Source of the DNA: Octopus sinensis
Lineage: Eukaryota
Length of the DNA: 64,000 nucleotides
Assembly (NCBI RefSeq): GCF_006345805.1
Contig: NC_042998.1
Span: 26,288,001 to 26,352,000 of the forward strand
Direction: 5' to 3'
The translations under genes and the position numbers were made by a program. Of this stretch, positions 24,291 through 37,453 are shown one piece after another (positions within the stretch are counted from its first letter, which is position 1; each line of letters starts with the position of its first letter). The notes under the pieces were generated by a model. The model ran no database searches and had not been told where the DNA came from. It saw only the letters and a list, made by a program, of their open reading frames with translations.

Positions 24291-24663
24291 TCTCTCTCTA
24301 TATAAACGGCAGTTTGTCTGTGTGCGTGTCTGTGTGTCTGTCAGGTTGTACCCTCACCCTGACCACGGCTTTCAACCGATTCTGATGAAACTTGACACAC
24401 ACATAGCCCAATGTCATAATTCAAAACTAATGCAGCGAAAATTTTGAAAAGTTCCCCCAGTTCTGAAAAAAAATCGATAAATTCGACATGGGGTCGAGAA
24501 TCAGAAACACAAACCACAGACTGTCTAGGGGACGCAACTCGACCTTTTAACTCTCAAAAAAAATTTACCATCATTTTTTTGCTGTTTTTTGGCTATAACT
24601 CTCTAAAAATGCTTTATAGTTATTTCCCTTACAAACCCGAGCAACGACGGGTGATACTGCTAG
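24291..24663 (+). mobile_element. Non-autonomous Helitron
   Basis: A|TC start; 3' CCCGAGCAACGACGGG hairpin then CTAG|T. Confidence 0.8.
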
Positions 24664-24940
24664 TCAGCTCTATGAGGTTGGGAGGCTGAGTCAATTTCAC
24701 TGGGATCGGAACTCAGAGAATTAACAGGCATAATTAAGTATTACTAGGCAATTTGTCACTCTGCCAATTCTGTTAATTCACTGCTTTGAATACACTCAAT
24801 AGACGGACTTTAAATACAGTTATATTTTATTATCAATGTGAGTGTTTTATTTTTTTTATACAGCATTGAGTTTACAATCCTGTAAATAATAATAATTGTA
24901 TTTTTATATAAGCTTAAAGCTTATGGCGATCACCATGCAA

Positions 24941-25100
24941 TCATCATCATCATCATCGTTTAACGTCCGTTTTCCGCGCTAGCACGGGTTGGACGGTTCG
25001 ACCGGGGTCTGGGAAGCCAGGGGCTGCACCAGGCTCCAGTCTGATCTGGCAGTGTTTCTACAGCTGGATGCCCTTCCTAAAGCCAACCACTCCGCGAGTG
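24941..25100 (-). mobile_element. RTE 3' end fragment (family B)
   Basis: (CAT)n followed by the conserved family B terminus. Confidence 0.8.
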
Positions 25101-25676
25101 TAAACTAAGGAAAATAGTTTAATAAAGGTGCATATAAGCCCTCGACAGAAAAAAGGTTTTCCTATCCCCTTTGTTATTTTATTAATTTGTATAAGTCATT
25201 AGATGATAATTTTATTTTTCATTAAGCCATTAATCTAGTGAATAGTAGCCCTGCCAGTGCCACATAAAAATCACCAGCGCCGATGCCACATTAAAAACAC
25301 CTAGAACACTCTGCAAAGTGGTTGGTATTAAGTAGAGTATCCAGCCATAGAAACCATGCCAAAACAGTGGATTTAGCGATCAATCATACATATATATATT
25401 TATCAATTCATTTTACAAGATTCCTGATATGAAATTGCGTGTTGAAACAGATGTTGTTTTTCGGGATGGTAATTTGTTTTTGTTTTTTTTTTTGCCAAAT
25501 AAACACATGCACTATATATTTTTTTCTTCACTAGTTTATTACTAGAGAATGGAGTAAGTGGAGCAAGTGCACATATGAAAATAGAAAATGTCACTGAAGA
25601 GGTCACAGATGTGTGATGAAAGATTTCTGGACAATGGATATGAGTTAAAATAATAAAATAAGCAAGTGAAGAAAGC

Positions 25677-25828
25677 GTTACTCATTTTTGCCAGCTGAGT
25701 GGACTGGAGCAGCGTGAAATGAAGTGTTTTGCTCAAGAACACAACACGTCGCCCGATCTAGGAATCGAAACCACAATCTTACGATCATGAAGCTGACACC
25801 CTAACCACTAAGCCACGCGCCTTCACAT
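25677..25828 (-). mobile_element. SINE family C, 5' half
   Basis: Similar to 4372-4523. Confidence 0.75.
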
Positions 25829-26361
25829 GTTATTGCTTACCGGGATGTTATTCATCAGTTGGTATTTAAGATGTTATTAAAACATCCTAATGAGTTCAAA
25901 ATCTATAATTTTTTTGTTCTGATAGTACTCATAGCCCCACTTGCAATGTTATTGGTCAATTTAAGATGACCAAGTAGAATCTCAACATCATCATCATTAA
26001 ATTTACCTACAAATGAGAGAAAATAAATTTTACCAACTGATTTATGGTCTTTTCCTGTCACAAAACTTAATTTACATTTTTTTCCAATAATATCTTTTCC
26101 CTTTGTTTAATTTTCTATTTTATTTTATTCCTCTTTTGTTTTCTTATTGATGATTAATTGCCATCTTCTGAGATATTGCTTGTTTGTTCGCTTATTTATA
26201 GAAATCTTTTGTGATTGTAAATTCAAAAAAAATTTCATTCCTCTTCTGTTTCAGCTGTAGCCTTGTTAGTTGAACCAGCCATAGCAGGTTTATGAAATAA
26301 AATTGTTTCATTTTTGGCTTTAGTTTGCAAGATACTTTATATGAGTTTATGCGTTGAAGCA

Positions 26362-26655
26362 TATTCTGTTGTGTCTGGGGAGAGTCATTTTCTTTTTGTG
26401 CCTTATAATTTAACACACTCACCGGTAAAATTTCCACTTATTTCTTATTTTTATTTTCCTAAAATTTTCATTACGTCTTGCAACCTTTTCAACAGTCTTG
26501 ACTCTTGATTCTTGACTCAAGACTATTGAAAAGGTTGCAAGACACAACAAAAGATTTAGAAAAATAAATAAGTAAATGAGTGGAAATTTTACCAGTGAGT
26601 GTGTTAAATCATAAGGCACAAAAAGAAAATGACTCTCCCCTGACACAACAAAATA
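26362..26655. repeat. ~294-bp fold-back inverted repeat (probable palindromic MITE)
   Basis: ~135-bp arms, outer half near-perfect; TA at both ends. Confidence 0.85.
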
Positions 26656-26719
26656 AAATTGTATTTTTTATTTGATGTATGTTGAGGGTTTGTACTTTCT
26701 GTCCCACAATACTGCTTAA

Positions 26720-26956
26720 CCTTTAAGCATTTAAACCAGCCATATCTGGCTCAAATATTCTACCTGTTTTATGTTCAAACTGTCAAAATCTAGCCTCTTA
26801 CAATGTCATTCTAGAATGTTACCGTACAGCGTCATTCTAAAAATATTCAATTGTATCATTGAAATATAAAGGTTACAAGATACTGCATGATTAATTCAGA
26901 CCAATGCGAATGAATAAGAATTTAAATTGGACAAGAGTAATCTGAATATTAAAGGG
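26720..26956. mobile_element. piggyBac-like MITE, second copy
   Basis: TTAA flanks; internal similarity to 4553-4773. Confidence 0.7.
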
Positions 26957-27774
26957 TTAAGGCAAAAATAAACCATTTAGTTATAAATAGCATTGAAATG
27001 ATTAATGACTAATGGAAATTTCTATTTACCCAGCTTTGAAGGATATTTTTGGTTTTTCCTTTTTTGATCATATGTGATAATCTAAAATGTTGAGAATTAA
27101 AATATCTGAGAAGAATTGAGAATATAATTGAATGTCATTGTATATCATCAACATCCATGCTACATTGTAGTAAAGTTTCCACAGCTGGATGCACTTCCTG
27201 TCGCCAGCCTTCACCTGTTTTGAAGTAGGGGAATACTCACCCAGTCTGTCAAGCAATGAACTACTCGGACATGGCTACTTGGAGAAGTGGAAACAAACTG
27301 CACTGTACGGATGAGCCTTTTGCTTACAATGAATGAATACACATGAAGACAATGGTAAATACGAAGTCAAATAGTCATACACACACACAGACACACTTAT
27401 ACATATATATGAGAGAGAGAGGGTCAGACAGACAAATAAAGAAACAGACAGGCAGAAAGAGAGGCAACAGATATACATATATGTGTATATATCTATAATA
27501 TAAATTGGACATGGGCGATCATTGTATTCTTTCTTCTCTTGAGGTTCACAGCCAAATGGGCAGGTGGATTCGCATGAAAAATGGCACACATGTGGAGACA
27601 GGTGCATAGATTGGAATGCGGTTTGTATTTTTTTCCTAGCCCCCATACTTACCGAGAAAATCGATTAAAACAGGAAATTTTCATACAGCTGGAGGCCCCA
27701 ATCGAAACAGGGGACCCGAAATGATAAGGTTGAGAAATGCTGTCATAGATTATGCGTAACTGGAAAGAATCACA

Positions 27775-28052
27775 GCCACATCATCCAAACAGACCAGGTG
27801 AAACTGGGCTTGGCACGTAAAAAGTACCATCGGATCGTGGCTGTTTGCCAGCCTCATCTGGCACCTGTGCAGGTGGCACGTAAAAAGCACCCACTACACT
27901 CACGGAGTAGTTGGCGTTAGGAAGGGCATCCAGTCGTAGAAACACTGCCAGATCAGACTGGGCCTGGCGCAGCCTACTGGCTCCCCAGACCCCAGTTGAA
28001 CCGTCCAACCCATGCTAGCATGGAAAACGGATGTTAAACGATGATGATGATA
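27775..28052 (+). mobile_element. RTE 3' end fragment (family B)
   Basis: Conserved terminus plus (GAT)n. Confidence 0.8.
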
Positions 28053-28639
28053 ATATAGTCAAAAGGAAGAGGGAGTACGTTTTGACAGCTTTTTAATAAC
28101 CACTACACATTTCGATACAGCATAGAACCACATATATATAGGATTTAAATTTAAATTAATTAACAGTTTACCTGTTGTATCTCCTTAGGTGATGATATAT
28201 AATCACTGTTTCCATAAGTAAATGTTTGATTTTGATGCTGTTACATCTAACTGGCCCCTTTGAATCTAGCAGACGCTGACAGTTCCAATCCGCTCGCTGT
28301 GAGCTCGCCTCTACATGCTTCACATGAGCGGCATTGTGTACATTGTCTGTTTACTTTGTTTCACATGTTAGGCTGCACATGCTAAATTTTTTTTTTATTC
28401 GCAAATGCACTCACACGTGCACTCATACAATCACTCACACACAGATATGCCACTACATCTCTGAGCATCCTCATACACACACACACACACAGACATACAA
28501 AAGAAATGCCTAAGCCTAGAATTGGTAGTATATTATACTACTGCTGGCTATCTGCTAATTCTAAGGGTGAATGAGCTCTATTTTGTACTCTAATACATTC
28601 TTAACGGAATACACCTCAACTATATATATTACCCTTTTA

Positions 28640-29337
28640 GTCTTTTTACTCTTTTACTTGTTTCGGTTATTTGACTGCAGCCATGCTAGAGCACCGCCTT
28701 TAGTCAAGCAAATCGACTCCGGGACTTATTCTTTGTAAGCCTAGTACTTATTCTATCAGTCTCTTTTGCTGAACCACTAAGTTACGGGGACATAAACACA
28801 GCAGCATCGGTTGTCAAGCGATTTTGAGGGGACAGACACACAAACACACATGTATTCGAATCCCGGACCGGGCTGCGTGTTGTGTTCTTGAGCAAGGCAC
28901 TTTATTTCACGTTGCTCCAGTTCACTCAACTGTAGAAATGAGTTGCGACGTCACAGGTGCCAAGCTGTATCGGCCTTTGTCTTTCCCTTGGATAACACTG
29001 GTGGCGTGGAGAGGGGAGGCTGGTATGCATGGGCGACTGCTGGTCTTCCATAAACAACCTTGCCCGGACTTGTGTCTAGGAGGGTAACTTTCTAGGTGCA
29101 ATCCCATGGTCATTCATGACCGAAGGGGGTCTTTACTCTTATATATATATATATATATATACATACATATATACGACAGGCTTCTTTCAGTTTCCATCTA
29201 CCAAATCCACTCACAAGGCTTTGATCGGCGTGAGGTTATGGTAGATGACACTTGCCCAAGGTGCCATGCAGTGGGACTGAACCTGGAATCATGTGGTTGG
29301 TAAGCAAGCTACTTACCACACGGCCACTCCTGCACCT
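28640..29337 (-). mobile_element. SINE family A split by a family C-type SINE (28855-29115, + strand)
   Basis: 3' half at 28640-28850 and 5' half at 29150-29337 flank an element beginning TTCGAATCCCGGACCGGGCTGCGTGTTGTGTTCTTGAGCAAGGCAC. Confidence 0.75.
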
Positions 29338-29879
29338 ATATATATATATTTATGTATGTATGTATAAATATATTTTGAAGAATTGTAAAATTCTGCCTAT
29401 TCCTGACTAACTTGATATTTTAAATTATAAGGCTCGAAGCCTTATAATTTAAGGTCTAAGGAGGATAACTCTTTTACATTTTTCTACTTTTTATTGTTTA
29501 CATTTTAGTTTTTGTCTTTTCATTTTCCTTTTTTTTTAACCTTTCACATTTTCTATAAGCTGTCAGCTTTTTTCACATTTCTTCTCTTGTTCAATTCTTC
29601 CTAATTCGTCATATTTGGCTTGTGCCTGATGGATATGTTTGAGATATTTCTCCAGATATGAAACTATTAGTAGCATTTCAATACATGTATTGTGTCCTTT
29701 AAATAAATACTATCATATATATATATATCATTTGTAAAAAACAAACTCGAAAGAAGTGCAGTATATATTAAAAATGGGGAAGGCCAGGTTATGGGTTTAC
29801 CTTAGGTTTCCCATCCATAAAAAGTTTAGCTTTATGATGATAAATTGGCCATCTCCATTTTTAATATATATATATATAT

Positions 29880-30285
29880 ACTCTTTACTCTTTTACTTGT
29901 TTCAGTCAGTTGACTGCGGCCATGCTGGAGCACCGCCTTTAGTCGAGCGACTCGACCCCGGGACTTATTCTTTGTAAGCCCAGTACTTATTCTATTGGTC
30001 TATTTTGCCAAACTGCTAAGTGACTGAGACATAAACACACCAGCATCGGTTGTCAAACAATGCTAGGGGGACAAACACAGACACACAAACATACACACAC
30101 ACATATATATACATATATACGACGGGCTTCTTTCAGTTTCCGTCTACCAAATCCACTCACAAGGCTTTGGTCGGCCCGAGGCTATAGTAGAAGACACTTG
30201 CCCAAGATGCCAAGCAGTGGGACTGAACCCGGAACCATGTGGTTGGTAAGCAAGCTACTTACCACACAGCGCCACTCCTGCACCT
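29880..30285 (-). mobile_element. SINE family A, full length
   Basis: Similarity to other copies. Confidence 0.85.
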
Positions 30286-30974
30286 ATATATATATATATA
30301 TATGTGTGTATGTATAGTATAGCTTACTCAGATAAGGAAAAGAAACACCAGAATTCTGATCAGTATATCATAAATGAGTGAGGGGAAGGGAGGAAGTTAA
30401 CCTCAAACATGAGACAAATTCAGAATGGTTACACAACAGAATGAGCTTCATAAAAACACCCAAAGATTGTGCACTGGTGTTGAACCAGGTGATGTCTACC
30501 ATCAAAATTCTTCAAATGAAAATCTTAATCATTAGTACAGGAATTTAGGTTTGGTTCCACTGCATGGCAGATCAAGCATGTAAGTATTCTAGCTTTGGAC
30601 TGACCATTGTCTCATAAATGGAATTGGTAGATTGGAACCGCAGGAAGTGAGCGTGTGTGTGTGTGCATGTGCACACTCGCGCATACACACACATATATTT
30701 ATATACCTACACACACACACACACACACATATATATATTAATCAAAATATTCAGTAATACAGTTCAATTACAGATGATCTTACCTATTGGTTTTCTACCA
30801 GATATTAGGTAACTGGATGCTTATCTAACAATTGTACTCATCAGAGACGGTAGGTATGGGAAAAAATTGACTACACACACACACCACACTTACACGTTCC
30901 CATGTTTGAGTGTGTGAAAGTCAATTGAAACTCTCTTAATGAACCTGTCTGAATGAAAAACAAAACACAGTAAT

Positions 30975-31175
30975 ACTCTTTTACTTGTTTCAGTCATTTG
31001 ACTGTGGCCATGCTGGAGCACCACCTTTAGTCGAGCAAATCGACCCTGGGACTTATTCTTTGTAAGCCCAGTACTTATTCTTTCAGTCTCTTTTGCCGAA
31101 CCGCTAAGTGACGGGGATGTAAACACACCAGCATGGTTGTCAAGCAATGCTAGGGGGACAAACACAGACACACAA

Positions 31176-31230
<55 letters not shown>

Positions 31231-31396
31231 CACGACAGGCTTCTTTCAGTTTCCGTCTACCAAATCCACTCACAAGGCATTGGTCGACCCGGGGCTATAA
31301 CAGAAGACACTTGCCCAAGATGCCACGCAGTGGGACTAAACCCGGAACCATGTGGTTGGTTAGCAAGCTACTTACCACACGGCCACTTCTGCGCCT
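30975..31396 (-). mobile_element. SINE family A, full length
   Basis: Similarity to other copies. Confidence 0.85.
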
Positions 31397-31744
31397 GTTT
31401 ACATTCTGCAGTAAACAAATGTCCTATACGTCATCAGACATAAGAGAAGTGACAGAACAAAAATTATCCTACTTGTAAAACATTGTAGAGAGGGTTGATG
31501 ATGGGGAGAACATACAGCTGTTGAAAATCTGTGTCAATGAATTTCAGCTGACTCGAGTCAAGGATGTAAAACGGTCATTATCTGCAGTATTTATGAAATC
31601 TTTACATTCTGAGTTCAAATCCTCAACTAGTCAAACTGTCTAACCTATGCAAGCATGGAAAGCTGATGATAATGATTGTTATTATTATTATTATTATCAT
31701 TATCATCATTATTATTATTATCATCTTCATCATTATTATCATTA

Positions 31745-32405
31745 TTATTATTATTATTATATGTTTGACTTTTTTGCTTTGTATTTGAACAAGTTGGTTC
31801 CAAGTCTCACCCAGAGACCTCAAGAGACAAGTTAGAAGTTCCTGTTGGTGTTATGCTTAGGGTGTCATATATTTGGTTTTGCACATAGTATTGTTCTATA
31901 GAATGTTTAAGAAACCATAAGAAAAATATGTTTGTTTTAAAATTTGAGATTACATAGTATTTTATGTAGGATATGGGCAGTTCCCATGAGCACTATCTTC
32001 TGAATTTCTGCCATTTTGGGGTTTCCTGGTATCTGAGCTAGGTAGCAATCAGCCCCTTTTGCTATTATTCTTATGGCACTTATAACAACAGGTATTGTTT
32101 TAGTCTTCACTTTCCACATATTGCCAATTTCTATTTCGAGATCTTTATACTTGCTCAGTTTTTGGTCAGTCTTGACAGATACATTTATTTCGATTGGGAC
32201 AGTCATATCAATGACGAGGCATGATTTTTGTCTGAAGTCTTTCAATGTAATCTCTGGCCTATTTGCATCTATTTTTCTGTCAGTTTGAACGGTGAAATTC
32301 CAGAGGAGTGAGATGTGATCATTTTCAAGCACTGGAGGTGGTTTGTGTTCCCACCACCAGTTTTTATCATGGGGCAGGTCTAGGTTTTTGCAAATTACCC
32401 AGTTG
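31745..32405 (-). mobile_element. R4/Dong-like LINE 3' end with restriction-like endonuclease domain
   Basis: ORF 32332-31937 LWNFTVQTDRKIDANRPEI...KLSKYKDL...IPVVI...IQKIVLMGTAHIL; (AAT)n tail; lies in TAA repeats. Confidence 0.75.
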
Positions 32406-32411
32406 AATATA

Positions 32412-32443
<32 letters not shown>

Positions 32444-32446
<3 letters not shown>

Positions 32447-33000
32447 TGAGAGAGCAGTTCATGCCATCAAAGGGACACTGGGGTAAAATATACGAAGCCC
32501 AATATACCCATCATGACTACCCGTCTGATAAGGGTACACCAGGCACATGCATCGCAACCATATGTGCGCGACATGGTGATCTCATATCAAGATAAACAGC
32601 GCATGACCTTGCAGGTGGGGTCCAGTTAGAATTTTCTTCAGGTTGAGTAGCCCATCCCGCTCAAAAGGTCCCTGAATAAGGGTTGTTTAAGGATGTTGAA
32701 AGAATCACCCATGTTTCCAGAGGTGAATTATTCAAACCCCAAAGAATCCCTCTCAACACATGGCTATGATGCTCCCCCACTACTTCTGCTCGTGATCAGA
32801 GATGCACATATCATCAGCCACTAAGGGACATGCTCAACTGGTTATGGTCAGACAACTGACAAGCAAATCTGTGGTATTGAGTAGAATATTTGCTGTAGTT
32901 CATCTTTTATACCAAAACAAAACAATGTACATGATAACACTTCCAATCAGTTAAGATCAGAAGCCATGAGAGCCACTGCCTGGTACTGCATCAGGGCATT
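32444..33000 (-). mobile_element. Unclassified ~557-bp element embedded in (TAA)n
   Basis: Sharp boundaries with (ATT)n on both sides; no ORF; strand inferred from the assumed (AAT)n tail. Confidence 0.5.
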
Positions 33001-33469
33001 TATTATTATTATTATTATGCAAAGTCTGATAATGATGATGAAGCATATTGCTCTGAATTGCATGTTTGTTTACCAAACTTAACATTGTTCCAAAGTACCG
33101 TGGAATCTGTATACGCTGCTAAGAGGATATTATTTTACATTTTGAAAGAAATATTCATATTCCATTAAAAATAAACTTTATAGCTTCCTTTTGAAGTCTG
33201 AACTAGAGCTTTTCTGATATCTGATGGCTGTGTGTTCCACATTTAGGAACCATGGTGTTCTATCCATACTTTCCTATACCCACTACTTACTGATGATGAT
33301 GATGGTATTGGCTTGAAGTAGTTTCTGAGAATAGACTGTTGTCTAAAAGTAGAGTTTACATCATAGTAGGACTGGATTGTTTAGTTGGGTGCCTTTCAGT
33401 GGTAATTAGGCAGAGTCGTTAGAGCTTCAGATGAAATGCCTTGTGATGGGTTCTGTCTTTCATCGTGTG

Positions 33470-34310
33470 TCTTTTACTTGTTTCAGTCATGACTGTGGCC
33501 ATGCTGGGGCACCATCTTGAAGAATTTTTTTTAGTTGAATGAATTGACCCCCCACCCACCAGGATTTATTTTCTGTTTTTTAAACCTGGTACATATTTTA
33601 TCAGTCGCTTTTGCCAAACTGCTAAGTAATGAGGGTATAAACACACCAACACCAGTTGTCAAGCACTGGTGAGGAACAAATACAGCTAGAAAAACACACA
33701 CATAGACATATATGTATGTATGTATGTATGCATGCATGTATGCTTTTGCTTGTTTCAGTTATTTGACTGTAGCCATGCTGGAGCACCACCTTTACTTGAG
33801 AGCAAATCAACCCCAAGATTTATTTATTGTAAGCCTAATACTTATTCTATTGGTCTCCTTTGCCGAACCACTAAGTTACAGGGACGTAAATGCACCAGCA
33901 TCAGTTGTCAAGCTATGTTGGGGAGACAAACACACAAACATATACACACACAGACATATATATATATATATATATAAAACGGCAAGCTTCTTTCAGTTTC
34001 CATCTACCAAATCCACTCACAAGGCTTTGGTTGCCCTGAGGCTATGGTAGAAGACACTTGCGCAAGGTGACATTCAGTGGGACTGAACCCGGAACCATGT
34101 GGTTGGGAAGCAAGCTACTTTCCACACAGCCACACACACATATGCATACATATATACGACAGGCTTCTTTAAGTTTCTCTCAACCAAATCCACTCAAAAG
34201 GCTTTGGTTGGCCCAAGGCTATAGTCAAAGGCACTTGCTCAAGATGCCACGCAGTGGGACTGAACCCAAGACCGTGTGGCTGGGAAGCAAAATTCTTAGC
34301 ACACAGCCAC
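33470..34310 (-). mobile_element. Cluster of SINE family A copies (A2-type 3' half, full copy, extra 5' half)
   Basis: Segments at ~33470-33715, 33745-34130 and 34150-34310. Confidence 0.75.
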
Positions 34311-35439
34311 AATTTTTTTCTTTTTCTGAGCAATATTTTAAAAAAGAAGGCATTTGATTCTTCCGGTCTTGTTCAGAAGATATTGAAAGAAAAAGGAAAC
34401 GACAATAGTTAGTGCTTGAAACCAAAATGGAGTTAATGAGAACTTTAATCTGATCAATGGCCAGAAATTTCCTGATATTTTTTTGTTACACAGAACAGAG
34501 AAGTGAGTGACAAATGAGTTAGTTGACATGTTAGTTGAAAGTCATGGGTTTATCTAATATAACATCAAGAATTTTTGCCTCTGGAGAGATATGTATATTT
34601 GTGCTATGAAGACAGATGGCTTTAATAATGACCTTGCCATGTTTGATGGAAGCAAAAAAAAAAGGGAAACCATGATTTCTGATTTTGTGGTGTTTAGTTT
34701 GAAGCAACGATTATTTATCCATTTATTGATATTGTTTATTATGGCTAGTAGACATGTCGTAAACATCTTATACGAGAGAGAGAGATTGAAAGAGAAGGGG
34801 AATGTCATGAGATCATCATGGCTTTCTGCATGGCTGTGTACATTGAAACAAAACTGCAATAATACCAACAGAGATGACAAATATAAAAAAACGAAAAGAA
34901 CTGGATTTGGTACTAAGCCTCTGGGAATTCTTCATATTTCAGGTAATAATGCTGAACTTGATTAATTATTATAGTTTTAGATACTGCCTATTACATAAAA
35001 GGACAACCACTGTGAACAAATGCCTCAGTGACTTGAGATACTCAAATATTCCAAAATGATCCCATAATACTCTGTATGAAATGGTGCATGGAGATCTAAC
35101 AAGAGATATGAGTGAATGCATATCAGTGGATCCGGTTTTTGTGCACTCTGGTACCTCAGTTATCTTGGATGATATAGACTGGTGTGTGTGAGATGACTAT
35201 AGAAAATGAAAAGGATAAAGTATATAGTCTTGTCAATGAGCTGCAAATTTTGGCAGTTTAGAATTTTATGTTGGAATTTGCTTTCTAAATTTAAGCTGTT
35301 GTCTGAGCAGTCAGAGATTGGTATTTGAGATAATCTGTTCTGGAATGACTTTCATTGTTATGATGAAATTTATTGGACTGTGATGAATTCTCCATTTTGT
35401 ATATAGAGATTAGACTTCCACTCACCATTGCTAGATTGT

Positions 35440-35920
35440 GGTTTCAATTCCCAGACTGGGCAGTGTGTTATATTCTTAAGCAAAACACTTCATTTCACAT
35501 TGCTCCAGTCCCCCTTTCAATCAGCAGGGGATTGTTGACCTGCTCCTAGCCAGCAGGGTGGAATCATTCGATGGCTAAAAGGATGCAGAGCGCATTGTGA
35601 CCGGTGATGTGTAACTACATCTGATCATCTGGCTGGTCGTATAATCATGTAATACACACACACACGCACGTATACATATATCATCATCACCATCATCATC
35701 ATTTAATGTCCACTTTCAATGCTAGCATGGGTTGGATGGTTCGACTGGAACTGGTAAGCCAGAGAGCTGCACCACATTCCAGTCTGATTTGGCATGGTTT
35801 CTTTGGCTGGATGCCCTTCCCAACGCCAACCATTCCATAAGTATAATGAGTGCTTTTTACATGCTACCAGCATGGGTACCATTCACATGACACTGGCAAC
35901 AGCCACAACTATGATTTCAC
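35440..35920. mobile_element. Chimeric C/D-type SINE (+, ~35440-35650) and degenerate RTE 3' end (-, ~35680-35920)
   Basis: C-type centre joined to a D-type 3' end; family B terminus after (CAT)n. Confidence 0.6.
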
Positions 35921-36014
35921 TTAAATCCTTTGAAATACCATCTTTGTTGCAAATAATTTCAAAACTAATGAATTTTAAAATCTAATTTTGTCATTATTAA
36001 GACTGTATTTAGAA

Positions 36015-36508
36015 TCTCTATATTTATAAATGACAAAATGTCTATGTGCCCTTTATACAAATCCACAGTTTTTCACGTAAAAGGTTCGCATTTTCTATGG
36101 GCTTTCAAAACTGTCTGAGGGTTGTCGTGAAGATCTTTTCATTTCCCCAGTCACCCCAGAAAGCCATTAAAAAAAATCAATAAACCGACCCCTTATGCCC
36201 ATAAGTTATTTTGCGGCCAAATTCGAGTTTTTCGCTTTCTTCTGCCCCCTTTTTTGTCCAGCTAATGGCATGTGCACAGTCCCGCTAATTTTCCATGATT
36301 ATGCCATTCCAGGTGTGAAAACCGAAGTCCAATGAATATTAATTACTCTCGTAAAAAGCCTCCAACTAGCTTATAAACAACAAAACTGGCCTGGGCTGAA
36401 ATGTGATAAGAAACTTAGCTCTTGATTTAGTGAGAAACTTTTACTGCGACCCAGTAACGAACAACAAGCACTAGCACTAGATCCAGCAACGCCGGGTCAT
36501 AGTGCTAG
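36015..36508 (+). mobile_element. Non-autonomous Helitron
   Basis: A|TCTCTATATTTATAAA start; CCAGCAACGCCGGG then CTAG|T end. Confidence 0.7.
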
Positions 36509-36779
36509 TATAAATTAAAAGAGTATTTGGTTTTGATGGAACTTATATTTATATATACATAGATAGATAAATAGATAGATATGTGAAATATAACTGGTGA
36601 TTGCCATTGCTGCTGTCACCATCTGTGGTTGTTTTCAGCTTCAGCGGCAGAGAGAAATAAAGCTTGGTAAGAAATTAAAGAGGGGGAGAAACTTCCCTCA
36701 GCAGGAGAGAATCGCTGAGAGAGAGTTTTATGTTTATTTCAATATATTCGTGATTGACTGCTAGCTACTAAAGCTTTCT

Positions 36780-36940
36780 TTTTTTTATTCTCTCTGTTTA
36801 TTTCTGTGTTCCTTTCTGTTGAAGAGCGTAGGCTCGTAACGTAAAGGACTTTCTCACCTTCCCAAGCAGTAAACTAATACACCTGTTTGTTGTTTACACA
36901 CCTGTCTTCGTCTTATGTTTTTTGTAAATTCCAACTATAT
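36780..36940 (+). mobile_element. Penelope-like terminal fragment with hammerhead-like motif (36811-36849)
   Basis: CTTT-CTGTTGA-A-GAGCGTAGGCTC-GTAACGTA-AAGG. Confidence 0.55.
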
Positions 36941-37402
36941 ATAATTAAGGCAGAAAGTCGAAATATGACAGGTCTCCTCCATACTAGATTAATACCTAAA
37001 CATTACGAAGCTACTGAGAAAATCTCCATAAATACATGAGATATGTGGCACCAGTACGGGTGCTTTTTACATGGCACCAGTACAGGTGCTTTTTATGTGG
37101 CACCAGCATCTATGATCCCACAAGGTTAGGAATGCTCAACTGGAGAAGGATGCTGGGGGGGGGGTCATGCCTGTATGCAAGGACAACTTCGACTTAGCTT
37201 GACGTGTCTTCTCAAGAACAGCAAACTGACAGGAGTCTCAATCCTCTAGAAAGACAGACAGACAGACGAGATAATTAGATAAGAAGATAGATATGAACTT
37301 TGAACTGTATCAAATGAATGGAAGAAGCTGAAATTGAACATTGATCTTATCACGATGGTATGATACTCAAGTCATGAGGTAAACACCAGGTTTCAATAAA
37401 TA

Positions 37403-37453
<51 letters not shown>

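Noticed and set aside
32930-32975. Faint 5S rRNA-like similarity at one end of the 557-bp element
   Set aside because: Only a few short matching words; not distinguishable from chance by eye.
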